64,000 nucleotides of DNA from an uncultured Planctomycetaceae bacterium (GCA_963815195.1 CAWFGE010000013.1:1088001-1152000), one strand, 5' to 3'; positions 9,962 through 19,093 are shown, counted from the stretch's first letter. The notes: generated from the sequence alone by a model not told the origin. Numbers and translations: made by a program.

Positions 9962-10029
9962 AGGGGTACGCGGCTAGGGATGTGCACCCCCGAATACCGG
10001 CTTTCCTGAACCGGCCGCCGCGCTCCTCT
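9962..10029 (+). ncRNA. Structured RNA candidate (CGGCTAGG-N-CCGAA-hairpin-GCCG), resembling the int-alpA type motif
   Basis: Outer stem CGCGGC/GCCGCG encloses two hairpins (GGG-ATGTGCA-CCC and CCGG-N10-CCGG); family resemblance is from memory. Confidence 0.45.
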
Positions 10030-10057
10030 TTTCAGGATTCGTACAGGAGCGAAGCGA

Positions 10058-10774
10058 ATGGATCACGCCACAACGCCAGCCGAATTGATTGCCAGAGCCG
10101 CACAGGACGCAGAGAAACAGGCTGAGCAGCAAGAAATCGAGGCTGCTAAACAATCGCGACGGGAACGGTTTCGTTCAGCGTGGGATGACGTGAGATATTT
10201 CACACAGGACATGGCCGGACATATCTCGCGAGAGCAATTTTATGAGGCCTGGGGGGATCGGATCATCTCGTTGGGGTCGGTACTGAAGGAACTCGGTTGG
10301 GACCGGCACTTGGATTCGATAGGCGATGGCTCCGATTCGCTCAAATATGCCATAGAGATTTTTCGGTCTGCTATCCGAGGCGACGAAGCGAACGTTGCCA
10401 AGCTGATCTTGGATGCTGCTGAAGTGGAAGGGTTTTGTGGTGCAGTCAATGAAGCCCTTCGCACCTCGATCATGCAACGGGTGTGGGAAGCCCAATGGCC
10501 CGCACAAATCAGGGAAGTGCACACCGAATCGGTCTTTGACTGGCCGGAAGCAGTGGCAACCGAAAACAAGAAAAAGCAAACGGTTGTTGAGCGAATGGCG
10601 GCGATTTACAAAAACGATAGGCGTTGTGTGGATTGGACCGCCGAGGAATGGGCGAAACTCCTCAATTGCTCTGTATCAGCGATCAAGAAGCCCGGGAATT
10701 ATGTGTGGAAAGCGATAAAAAAAGATCGTCAGGCCCGAATGGATGCTTTGAAAAAAGGCGGTTACTTAGGGTGA
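10058..10774 (+). CDS. Hypothetical protein with C-terminal HTH
   Basis: WTAEEWAKLLNCSVSAIKK HTH-like motif; AGGAG RBS. Confidence 0.75.
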   Translation: MDHATTPAELIARAAQDAEKQAEQQEIEAAKQSRRERFRSAWDDVRYFTQDMAGHISREQFYEAWGDRIISLGSVLKELGWDRHLDSIGDGSDSLKYAIEIFRSAIRGDEANVAKLILDAAEVEGFCGAVNEALRTSIMQRVWEAQWPAQIREVHTESVFDWPEAVATENKKKQTVVERMAAIYKNDRRCVDWTAEEWAKLLNCSVSAIKKPGNYVWKAIKKDRQARMDALKKGGYLG

Positions 10775-10812
10775 CCGAGTAACCAAGAAAAAAATCTGAG
10801 AAATCAACCGAG

Positions 10813-10843
10813 GCGGTTTCCCTAGTGGGAAACCGCTTTTTTT
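10813..10843 (+). terminator. Intrinsic terminator
   Basis: GCGGTTTCCC-TAGT-GGGAAACCGC followed by T7. Confidence 0.8.
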
Positions 10844-10920
10844 GTTTTGAAGGGGTAACCGAGCGGGTGACCGTGCCGCGGATGGGTAGAGGCGTCAAAT
10901 TGGTGATTGGAGAACCCATC

Positions 10921-11115
10921 ATGCCGAAAAAAACGGAACCGGCGGATTGCGCTACTGTGTGGTTTGCGATCCTGGAGCGAGCAAAAAATCTAAGGGATTT
11001 CGAGCGGGCCGCCGAAGCCCAGCGAGAACTGCGTCGTCTTGGAGTACATGTGACTTTTGATCCTGAGGGGGAAAAGCATGCCAAGCGACGTAAGCCCGGC
11101 TCTCCCGGTCTCTGA
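10921..11115 (+). CDS. Small hypothetical protein
   Basis: GGAG RBS; MPKKTEPADCATVWFAILERA...; overlaps the alpA start. Confidence 0.65.
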   Translation: MPKKTEPADCATVWFAILERAKNLRDFERAAEAQRELRRLGVHVTFDPEGEKHAKRRKPGSPGL

Positions 11116-11338
11116 TCGGCTGCTGGTCGATTCGCACGGCGTCGCCGATCTGCTCTCGATTTCGGAACGACATGTCCGGCAACGGGATGCGGCCGGCAAT
11201 CTCCCCAAGCCCGTGCGGTTGGGGGGATCGGTCCGCTGGAGTGTCCCCGAACTTCGGGCATGGGTGGCTGCCGGCTGCCCGAATCGCGAGACATGGGACG
11301 TCATTCGGAGCGAAGAATTCCCCCGCAAACCGCGGTGA
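11078..11338 (+). CDS. alpA: AlpA-family regulator / excisionase-like HTH
   Basis: VADLLSISERHV..AGNLPKPVRLGGSVRWSVPELRAW. Confidence 0.88.
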   Translation: MPSDVSPALPVSDRLLVDSHGVADLLSISERHVRQRDAAGNLPKPVRLGGSVRWSVPELRAWVAAGCPNRETWDVIRSEEFPRKPR

Positions 11339-11441
11339 AAATCGGGACCGTTGGGGACGGTCAGGATATAGAAAAACCCCACCGGCCGGGGCGGGCTGGC
11401 GGGGTAATCGTGCTCGGCTTGAGCACATCGGAAAGGTCAAC

Positions 11442-12362
11442 ATGATACTATCGCACCGGCCCCAAAAGGGCAATCTGAGCGGACGTGATGCGCGCCGGGA
11501 AAAACTGCGACAGAAGGAACTGGATTTTCCGACGAAGCGCGGCGAACGCTTAAAACTCCTGCGCCAGTGCCGTGTGGGAGACGCCTTAGAAAAACTACTC
11601 CTGCGAACCCTCGATGACCGGATCGGGGACGGGAAAACGTGGCGAATGGGCATCGCCGAACTTGCGGGGGAAATGGAGGTATCGCCGGCAACCGTCTATC
11701 GAAAGCTGGCGTCTCTCGAAGCGAAGGAACTCTTGGTTGCTGAAGAGCGGGCGTCGGGGCTATATGAGTTCCAAGTCATTTTTTCAAATCTGCCCGAACT
11801 CATCCCGCCCCAGGGCCAACAGCAGCAAGCCGGCCGTCGGCGACGCGAAAAACCTTCTCACTGTGCAAAGGAAGTTTCGCAGAGTGAGAAAGATCTTTCT
11901 CACTGTGCGAAACGCACTACTTATAAGCGCCCCGATAGCGCCCAGAGCGCCCACCCCCCAAGCCCCCCAGAGGGGGGATCGGTTGCCGAGCCGCCGCCCC
12001 CAGGCGGGGAAGCGGTTGGCGAGCCGCCGCGCCGCACCTTCCGGGCCGAAGAGTTTCCGATACCTGTCGGACTCGACACGCCAGCGTTCCGCGACGCCTG
12101 GCGGGAGTGGTGCGAGTTTCGCCGCCACACGAAACGCAAGCCCATCAGCGAAGCGGCTGCCGGAAAGCAGATGGCCGGGCTCGACCGGGCTGGTTCCGCC
12201 GCGGCCGTCGAAGCCATCGAAGAAGCCATCGCGAACGACTGGCAAGGTTTGTTCCCCGACACGAAAAAAGGAAATTCCGATGATCGCATCGAACGAAAAG
12301 CCCGGCGTGCCGAGAGTGAATGGGAAGCCGCCTTCCAGGAAACCGCTAAAAGCGATCGGTGA
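11442..12362 (+). CDS. Phage-type replication initiator (N-terminal wHTH, Pro-rich linker, C-terminal replisome-organizer-like domain)
   Basis: IAELAGEMEVSPATVYRKLASLE HTH; AWREWCEFRR..KP..IEEAIANDWQGLF; internal iterons. Confidence 0.78.
   Translation: MILSHRPQKGNLSGRDARREKLRQKELDFPTKRGERLKLLRQCRVGDALEKLLLRTLDDRIGDGKTWRMGIAELAGEMEVSPATVYRKLASLEAKELLVAEERASGLYEFQVIFSNLPELIPPQGQQQQAGRRRREKPSHCAKEVSQSEKDLSHCAKRTTYKRPDSAQSAHPPSPPEGGSVAEPPPPGGEAVGEPPRRTFRAEEFPIPVGLDTPAFRDAWREWCEFRRHTKRKPISEAAAGKQMAGLDRAGSAAAVEAIEEAIANDWQGLFPDTKKGNSDDRIERKARRAESEWEAAFQETAKSDR
11854..11912. repeat. Three iteron-like repeats, CTTTCTCACTSTGCGAAA consensus (direct-inverted-direct); putative ori
   Basis: 11854-11869, 11875-11892 (inverted) and 11895-11912, about 21-bp spacing, inside rep. 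Confidence 0.65.
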
Positions 12363-12915
12363 AGCCTTGAGGCCGCTTCAGGAATTGTGCCGCGATCCCA
12401 AATCGGCATCGGCCCTGCGGAGCTTTGCCGAGTTGCTGGTTGACCTTCCGCCGGTGGACATCGAGACGGCAGTGAAACGCTATCTCCGCGAAGCTGACGA
12501 ACTGTGGTTTCCCTCTCCGGGGAAGCTGCGCAAACTCGCGATGGAAGCCGCGGAAGGCGAACTCCCCGAATGGCAGCACGCCTGGCATCGGGTCATGGAC
12601 GCCTGCCGAATGTGGGACCAACACGATGCAAAAAAGGCGATCACCGCCCGCCAGCATATCGGCGAAACCCTGTATGAATTTGTGCGAATGCTTGGGGGAT
12701 TCGTCGCTCTGACCTCAGTAGATTCCGATACGCTTTCGGTTTTGCAGTCGAATTTCCGGAACGCATTCACGGCCGAACGAAAGCGGGCGGATCGCAATCG
12801 AGCGCTCCCGGATTCATTGCGGCCCGTCCCAGCGAAACTGCATGGACTCGGAAACCGGAATGACTCCGCCAAACTTATTTCCGCGCCCCAGCCAATCGGC
12901 GAAGTTCTGGAATGA
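12280..12915 (+). CDS. Helicase loader/inhibitor-like protein (SPP1 G39P-like)
   Basis: LVDLPPVDIETAVKRY..WFPSPGKLR..AWHRV pattern; overlaps the 3' end of rep. Confidence 0.6.
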   Translation: MIASNEKPGVPRVNGKPPSRKPLKAIGEALRPLQELCRDPKSASALRSFAELLVDLPPVDIETAVKRYLREADELWFPSPGKLRKLAMEAAEGELPEWQHAWHRVMDACRMWDQHDAKKAITARQHIGETLYEFVRMLGGFVALTSVDSDTLSVLQSNFRNAFTAERKRADRNRALPDSLRPVPAKLHGLGNRNDSAKLISAPQPIGEVLE

Positions 12916-13103
12916 GCAAAAAACGCGAATATGAAACCTGGACCATCAAATTCCGAGCGGAGCATTCCCGCGACGATAACCGACCCATTGCAGTCCGCGT
13001 GCGGCGGCTGCTCAAACATGCCTTGCGGGTTTGCGGGTTGCGATGCGTGGAAATTGCGACCGCGACTGAGCAAGCCGACCCCGAATGCGAAGTGAAACCC
13101 TGA
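12912..13103 (+). CDS. Small hypothetical phage/satellite protein
   Basis: ATGA overlap with the upstream gene; RVRRLLKHALRVCGLRCV. Confidence 0.7.
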   Translation: MSKKREYETWTIKFRAEHSRDDNRPIAVRVRRLLKHALRVCGLRCVEIATATEQADPECEVKP

Positions 13104-13139
13104 CCGGCCCTGGTGGGCCAAAAACGAAAGGAAACCCCG

Positions 13140-13943
13140 ATGACCCAACCGACCCCGACGACAACCGAGGAACCCGCCGGCCGCGCCGCGTGCGATGCGT
13201 GGCTTGCCGAGTTTCGTGAGATCCACGATAGCATTCTCAATGTGATTTCCCGCATCCATCGGCTTTCCGCGTGGACCCCCAGCGACGCCCCGGCCGCGGA
13301 GCAGCTCAGGGCGGCTTGTTCCGCCTTTCACCATGCAATGGCCGGTAGCGATGACATCCAGTTCCGCGCCCGCCGGCTTCGGGATCTGGCACATGAGCTT
13401 GGCGGCGCGGGCGTCGAGATGTTCGCGGCGCGGCTCTCGGATTTGCGGGGCCGGATTTCGATGCTGGCTCGCGAGATCCCGGACCTGCCGGCAGATTTCG
13501 GCATTCTCCCCGCGCGATGGTTCGGTGATCTCGCCCGGATCGATCACAGCGTTTCGGCGGACGGCATTCGGCACGTGCTCGCCGTCGGGAGCGTTGAGCA
13601 TTTCGCCCCGGACCATTGGGTTCGGAGGATTCTTGATGCCGATGACTTTTACCGGCTTGGCGACAGCCCCGCTTTGGTGTTGGGCGAGTTTGACGTGCAC
13701 GGCGTTCCGCGGCCATTCTACAGCGTGCCCAGCGTGCGGAATCTGACATACAGCTATCGATTGGGCCAACGCGAGCGCGAGCAACGGCAGCAACAGGATC
13801 TCGACCGCTGGCGGAGCGACGTGGAGATGCGGGACCGTGCGGCCCGCGGTCCGGTACACGATTTGGGCGCGCAACTATCCCACACACAGGCCGAGCTAGC
13901 CGCGTTGCGGGCTGAGATTAAGGGCTTAAAAAATGAATCGTGA
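13140..13943 (+). CDS. Hypothetical protein with C-terminal coiled coil
   Basis: GAAAGGA RBS; part of the rightward operon. Confidence 0.72.
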   Translation: MTQPTPTTTEEPAGRAACDAWLAEFREIHDSILNVISRIHRLSAWTPSDAPAAEQLRAACSAFHHAMAGSDDIQFRARRLRDLAHELGGAGVEMFAARLSDLRGRISMLAREIPDLPADFGILPARWFGDLARIDHSVSADGIRHVLAVGSVEHFAPDHWVRRILDADDFYRLGDSPALVLGEFDVHGVPRPFYSVPSVRNLTYSYRLGQREREQRQQQDLDRWRSDVEMRDRAARGPVHDLGAQLSHTQAELAALRAEIKGLKNES

Positions 13944-14151
13944 GCGACGCCTCGAGCGCCTGGAGCAATCCGCCCCCGCTCCCTCCACCGGAGATGGCCG
14001 CCGCATCATCACGATTCGCGGGATCTGCGACCACGGCAGACACTGGGCGCTGGTGTTCGGCGTTTCGTCTCTGGATGCCAATGGCCATGTGCTGTGGGCC
14101 GATGTGATTGGGGTTCCTTGTTCGTTTTGTGGGGAGACAGATGAGCCTTGA
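13933..14151 (+). CDS. Small hypothetical protein (N-terminal RRLERLE, CxxC)
   Basis: Overlaps both neighbours. Confidence 0.6.
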   Translation: MNRERRLERLEQSAPAPSTGDGRRIITIRGICDHGRHWALVFGVSSLDANGHVLWADVIGVPCSFCGETDEP

Positions 14152-14470
14152 TCGCCGACTTCAGAGACTGGAACACCGGGCCATCGCGGCCTTCCCCGCC
14201 CCAACCCCCGCGGAGTGGCGGGACTATCGCGGGGTTCACATGGTGATTTCGCACCATCTACGCCACCATGACGACATTGCGGAGCGGCTCCGCGTGGCCG
14301 TCGCTGCCGGCGCGGTGGATCCCGTGGTCGACGATGCGATCGCATCGTTTTTGCGGTGCATTGCCCAGAAAAGGGTTTGCGAAATGTGCCAGCGGGACAT
14401 CATTGGACTGTGGCTCGCCGAGACGGAGCAACACGTGCGAGGGGATCGGCCTAACCTGATTGAGTCCTGA
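14141..14470 (+). CDS. Hypothetical protein (N-terminal RRLQRLE, CxxC)
   Basis: GGGAG RBS; overlaps the upstream gene. Confidence 0.62.
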   Translation: MSLDRRLQRLEHRAIAAFPAPTPAEWRDYRGVHMVISHHLRHHDDIAERLRVAVAAGAVDPVVDDAIASFLRCIAQKRVCEMCQRDIIGLWLAETEQHVRGDRPNLIES

Positions 14471-14471
14471 A

Positions 14472-14867
14472 ATGACCGAAAATGGCAACGAAAAACGCGG
14501 GAATCAAGAATCCCAGGATGAGCAAATGCTCTTGGCGCTCGCCAGCGGTGCGAGCGTCAAACAGGCCGCGGACGCGTGCAATCTATCCGAGCGGACCATT
14601 CGCCGGCGGCTGGATGATGCGAGCTTCGTTGCCCGGCTGCGGGCGATGCGGTCCGATGTGCTTGACGGCGTTTTGGGCCGGCTGACGTTCGCGGCGGCTT
14701 CGGCGGTCGAGGTGCTCAAAACGTTGATGGCGGATGCCGAGAGCGAAACGGTGAAATTGGGAGCGGCCCGGGCCGTCCTTGAGCATGCTGGCAAACTTCG
14801 GGCGGACATCGAATTTGAGAGCCGGCTCGCCGAATTGGAGCGCCGGCTTTCCGGGCCAGAGCGTTAA
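14472..14867 (+). CDS. HTH protein, terminase-small-subunit-like
   Basis: LALASGASVKQAADACNLSERTIRRRL HTH plus helical oligomerisation-type region (AVEVLKTLM..VKLGAARAVL). Confidence 0.68.
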   Translation: MTENGNEKRGNQESQDEQMLLALASGASVKQAADACNLSERTIRRRLDDASFVARLRAMRSDVLDGVLGRLTFAAASAVEVLKTLMADAESETVKLGAARAVLEHAGKLRADIEFESRLAELERRLSGPER

Positions 14868-14871
14868 CAAT

Positions 14872-14897
14872 AAAAAACCGCCGGCGGCAACCGGCGG
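14872..14897 (-). terminator. Intrinsic terminator (minus strand)
   Basis: A6-CCGCCGG-N6-CCGGCGG between convergent genes. Confidence 0.55.
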
Positions 14898-15113
14898 CTC
14901 GGAAAGGTTGGGAGAATGGATAACACGAATCATCAGGCCGGGCAAGCCGATGGCGAAAATCAATCGCCGTGCTTCCGAGGGAATTCCCAGGCTGACGATC
15001 GGCTACCCAGACGACTCGGAGGCCGTCTTTCCGTCTGCGTCGATTCTGGGGCATCCTGGGGCGTCTCAGGGCCAATGGCGATTTTCGCCGTTTATTCGCC
15101 GATTTTCGGCGGT

Positions 15114-15395
15114 TCATTCCTTCGGCTTGGCTTCCTTCGACTTCGGCTTCCGGCGAGGCTCGCGGACATCAGCGGGGAGCTTCGGGATTTTCGCCTTGGT
15201 CAATCGCATGCCGAAGAACTGGCACAGATTGTTGATCGTATCCATTGCCATCGAATCCCTGTCACCGGAATACCATCGCTGCAGGGATGGTCGCGAGATT
15301 CCCGCTTTCTCGGCAATTCGCAGGATCGACCAGCCTTTGGCGACGGCTTCGGTCATCGCATCATAAAGCTGTTCGGAAACGGTCTTTTCGGTCAT
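15114..15395 (-). CDS. XRE-family HTH repressor
   Basis: SILRIAEKAGISRPSLQRWYSG..MDTINNLCQFFG; AGGAG RBS. Confidence 0.85.
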   Translation of the reverse strand: MTEKTVSEQLYDAMTEAVAKGWSILRIAEKAGISRPSLQRWYSGDRDSMAMDTINNLCQFFGMRLTKAKIPKLPADVREPRRKPKSKEAKPKE

Positions 15396-15633
15396 GGGGG
15401 TAAATCTCCTAAAGCCTATTTGTATCGTCTGGCACAAGTATTTTCAAGAAATAGCCGGAATCGCGGCGGTTAAATGTTGAGGAGTAATGTGCCAAGCGGT
15501 ACAATCACGCCATCGGGACAACACAATCAACCCCCCAACCCAGCCGAGTTGCTCTGAGCGCACAAAAAGGGCCGGCGGGTCTCACACACCCGGCCGGCCT
15601 GATTCATCCCATCCCTGACGAAAGGTTTGAAAG

Positions 15634-15930
15634 ATGATGACCGAATCTTATCCGCGCGGCCTTGCCGGGGCAACGCTTCCTGCCCCGCAAATCGAACGCC
15701 TGTGGTGGACTAGCCGCACGATCGAATCCGCTCTTCGGGTTCTGACCATCGATCTCCAAACGGACTCCGAGGAACAACTCGCGGCATCCGCTTTGACCAC
15801 GATCGTCGGCCGCATGACCGCGCAAGAGCGGTCCGCCATCCGCCAGTTGGCCGCGGATTGGCTTTGCTTCTGGAGAATTCGCAACGAGCGCCAACGCCGC
15901 TTGTGGCGGCTGGTACGCGAGCTTACCTGA
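15634..15930 (+). CDS. Hypothetical protein
   Basis: First ORF of the operon divergent from the XRE gene. Confidence 0.55.
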   Translation: MMTESYPRGLAGATLPAPQIERLWWTSRTIESALRVLTIDLQTDSEEQLAASALTTIVGRMTAQERSAIRQLAADWLCFWRIRNERQRRLWRLVRELT

Positions 15931-15991
15931 CCCCTCACCCTCTCGGCCCGGCCCGCCAGATGGGGCCGGGCATTTTCCCGGAGAACCAACT

Positions 15992-16989
15992 ATGCAACCC
16001 GAAGAATGGACCGTCAGACGGCTTTTTGAGGAACACTATTGCCCGCGCCGCAAGAGCGCAACACAAAGGACTCGGCAAAAAATGGGGCACGAGCTTAACC
16101 GGTGGGAGCGATTCATCGGCGCGGACATGCTGGCCACCGAGGTTATGCGCGAGACCTTCGACCGCTTTCGCGAACTGGCGGCCGTCGATGGCCTCTCCCC
16201 CAACACCATCGAAACGACGATTGGCAGCATTTTGACGATACTGCGGTTTGCCGAGCTTTACGATCTCATCGACCGCGCACTGCGCAAAGGCGAACCGCTC
16301 CGCCGGACTCGGAAACGAAAGTATGTGCCATCGATAACCGACGTTGACCATCTTTATCGGCGGGCCAACCAAGCGAAATGGCCGCTGCCGAGTCCATCCG
16401 CTTTCTGGCGGGCGTGGCTGGTTTGCAGCTATTTCACAGGCCTACGGCTGAACGACATGATTGGTTTGCTGTGGAGCAGTTTTCGGGATGATTCGCTCAT
16501 CATCGAAGCCGAAAAAACCGGGAAAATGCATATCTTTCCCGTTTCGCCGATCTTGGAATCGCACCTCGAACCGCTGCGGGTTTTTGGTTCAGACCGGGTT
16601 TTCCCCATCCCCAGGAATTCCGGGAAGTACGTCCGCCGGGAGCTTGAGCGTTTATCCGATGGATTGCCCACCAAGATTGGCCCGCAGGCCCTTCGGCGGC
16701 TGGCGGGAACGCAGTGGCAAAGAGCCCGCTGGGCGCGGGCCAGTTGCTTTTGGGCCATACGCTGGGCGTGTCTGATTTTTATATCGCTCCCGAACTCTTA
16801 AACGACGCAATCGAGAATCTCGAAATCCCGTCCGCTTTCACAGAGCCGAAAAACCAAGCCGGAGATCCGCTTACCGAAGTTGAGCAGCGATTTTCCGGGC
16901 TGGAGGAGGGACATCAGCGGCTCGCCCTCGAAATGATTGAAGAGTTTGCCCAGCGCATCGGCAACGGGAAAGGGGGCGATTCATGCTGA
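15992..16989 (+). pseudogene. Tyrosine recombinase 1, frameshifted near 16727 (possibly a sequencing error)
   Basis: FTGLR, EKTGK and QALRR in ORF 15992-16801; LLGH..SDFY continues in ORF 16714-16989. Confidence 0.75.
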
Positions 16990-17873
16990 CCGTCAGAGAG
17001 ATCTTCACCGACCATTTTTGCCCGTCTCGCGACATCGCGGAATCGACACGCGACAAAATGGGCTACCAGATCCGGCGATTCGAAAAGCACATTGGCCCGA
17101 TGCCGGCGGTTGAGATTGGGGCCGAGACCTTCCATCAGTTCCGGCAAGTTTGCATGTTTCTGGGGCTATCGAAAGTCACCATCGAAATGACGATTGATAG
17201 CGTGCTGAACGTGCTTCGGTGTGCGGAATCGCAGGGCATTGTCCCCAAAGCCCCGGAGAAAGGCGAACCCCTCGACCGGATCGAAAAGCAGGACGGTGAA
17301 TTCAATGCCGAACTCGAAAACTTCCGGGCGCGCGAGGATTTGCCCATCACCGTGCAGGACTTGGAGCGGATTCTCGGGGCGGCTCGCACAATGCCCGAGG
17401 CCCTGGACGGCATCCCCGGCGGCTTGTGGTGGCCTGCGCTGGTGCTTTGCATTCTTGACACCGGGCGGAATGGAATCGACCTCTTGGAATTGCCGGTCGA
17501 GGCTTACGACCGGGATTCGGGAGCGCTCCGCATCGGCCGCAAGAAATTCAGACTGCACGCCCACACCGCGAACGCCCTCGATGCCGTCCGGACCTACGAC
17601 CGGGAACGGCTGTTTCCCTGGCCGAAGGACGGGCGCGAGCGGCCCTATTGCATGTTCTATCACGATTATCAGGATCTCTTGCACCGGGCCGGCCTGCCCC
17701 CGATGCAGAAGCGGCCATTGGCGAGGCTGCGAAAACTCGGCGAACGCTATCCGCAAATCCTGGACGCCATCGACTCGCACCGGCCCTTCCAGCCGATCCA
17801 AGGAAAGCCGGACCGCGGCCGGAAGCGAAAGCCGAAGCGCCGAAAGCCGCGCGCCGCCACGGCGTTTATGTGA
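16983..17873 (+). CDS. Tyrosine recombinase-like protein 2, catalytic motifs degenerate
   Basis: N-terminus paralogous to recombinase 1; WWPALVLCILDTG; no HxxR, LGH or Tyr box recognised. Confidence 0.7.
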   Translation: MLTVREIFTDHFCPSRDIAESTRDKMGYQIRRFEKHIGPMPAVEIGAETFHQFRQVCMFLGLSKVTIEMTIDSVLNVLRCAESQGIVPKAPEKGEPLDRIEKQDGEFNAELENFRAREDLPITVQDLERILGAARTMPEALDGIPGGLWWPALVLCILDTGRNGIDLLELPVEAYDRDSGALRIGRKKFRLHAHTANALDAVRTYDRERLFPWPKDGRERPYCMFYHDYQDLLHRAGLPPMQKRPLARLRKLGERYPQILDAIDSHRPFQPIQGKPDRGRKRKPKRRKPRAATAFM

Positions 17874-18784
17874 TCGGCGACGATTCGCCCAACACCTTGC
17901 GGAACTACTTCACTTCGACTTATCGGCCGCTAAAGCTGATTGGCTGCTCGCACCGGACCGTTAATTCCTATATCACGGTCATCAATGGCTTTTCGACGTT
18001 CCTGGCGTGCGAAGCGAACCTGCATCACCTGACGGATGATTTCTTAGGCCGCTATTCAGCGTGGATGTCTGAAAAGGAGTATGAGCCGACCACGATCAAC
18101 GGCCATCTGCGGCATCTTCTTGCCCTGTGGCGGCACGCGTGGAAGAAACGCCGCGTGGAGGAGCGCCCCCGCGATGTCGATTTCCTGCCGACCTACAAGC
18201 GCAATCCCACTGCCTGGACGGTCGAGGAAATGGGCCGAATCCTCACATCGGCTCGCCAAGCGGAAGGCGACTTCAAAGGCATACCGGCAAACCTGTTTTG
18301 GCCGGCTCTCATTTTGACGATGTATGACACCGGCCTGCGATTGGGGGCGATGATGCAACTCAAAGCCACAGATCTGAACCTGGAAACCGGCATTCTGATT
18401 GCCCGGGCCGAGACGCAAAAGCAGAAGGCCGATCAGGTGTTTCGGCTTCGGCGGCAAACCGTGGAATCGCTTGAGGCCATCGACCCGCCGGCCCGGGAAT
18501 TCCTCTTCGGCTATCCAGAATATGAAACCAACAAGCGGAGGATTTACCGGACGCTCAATGAGATTCTGGAGCGGGCCGGATTGCCCGCAACCGACCGCGA
18601 CAAGTTCCACAAGATTCGGCGAACCAGCGCGACCCTTTTGGCCGATGCGATGGGCGAGGAAGCGGCGAAAGAACACTTAGGGCATAGCAGCATCAACATC
18701 ACGCGAGGGTATTTGGATCTCACGAAGATTCGCCCCCGCGTGAACTCGGCCGAGGCGATCCCCAACCCGGAGAACCGACCATGA
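17870..18784 (+). CDS. Tyrosine recombinase 3 (intact)
   Basis: YDTGLR, TQKQK, FHKIRR, LGHSS, TRGY; GTGA overlap with the upstream stop. Confidence 0.88.
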   Translation: MIGDDSPNTLRNYFTSTYRPLKLIGCSHRTVNSYITVINGFSTFLACEANLHHLTDDFLGRYSAWMSEKEYEPTTINGHLRHLLALWRHAWKKRRVEERPRDVDFLPTYKRNPTAWTVEEMGRILTSARQAEGDFKGIPANLFWPALILTMYDTGLRLGAMMQLKATDLNLETGILIARAETQKQKADQVFRLRRQTVESLEAIDPPAREFLFGYPEYETNKRRIYRTLNEILERAGLPATDRDKFHKIRRTSATLLADAMGEEAAKEHLGHSSINITRGYLDLTKIRPRVNSAEAIPNPENRP

Positions 18785-19032
18785 TTCCCAAAAAATTGAG
18801 ACGCGAGCTATTCGCCGAGTGGGACGGACGTTGCACCTATTGTTCACGATCGCTTCCGATGCGCAAGATCACGATCGATCACATCATCCCGGAGAGCCGG
18901 GACGGGCGGACCGCACTGGAAAACCTCGTGATCTGCTGCGCCCATTGCAACCAATCCAAGCGCGACCGAACGCCGGAAGAATGGGCCGCGGATATTCTCG
19001 CTGCGTGCGGGGCGGCCGTGCCGACGCATTGA
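18781..19032 (+). CDS. HNH endonuclease
   Basis: CTYC..TIDHIIP..G..NLVICCAHCNQSK. Confidence 0.9.
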   Translation: MIPKKLRRELFAEWDGRCTYCSRSLPMRKITIDHIIPESRDGRTALENLVICCAHCNQSKRDRTPEEWAADILAACGAAVPTH

Positions 19033-19093
19033 ACCGAAAGCCCGTAGCGTGTGCTGCGGATGAATCCTTTTCCCTCAGATTGGAGAACCGACA

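Noticed and set aside
16714..16801. Programmed frameshift in recombinase 1
   Set aside because: No slippery heptamer is evident at the break, and similar breaks occur in several unrelated host genes, favouring sequencing error.
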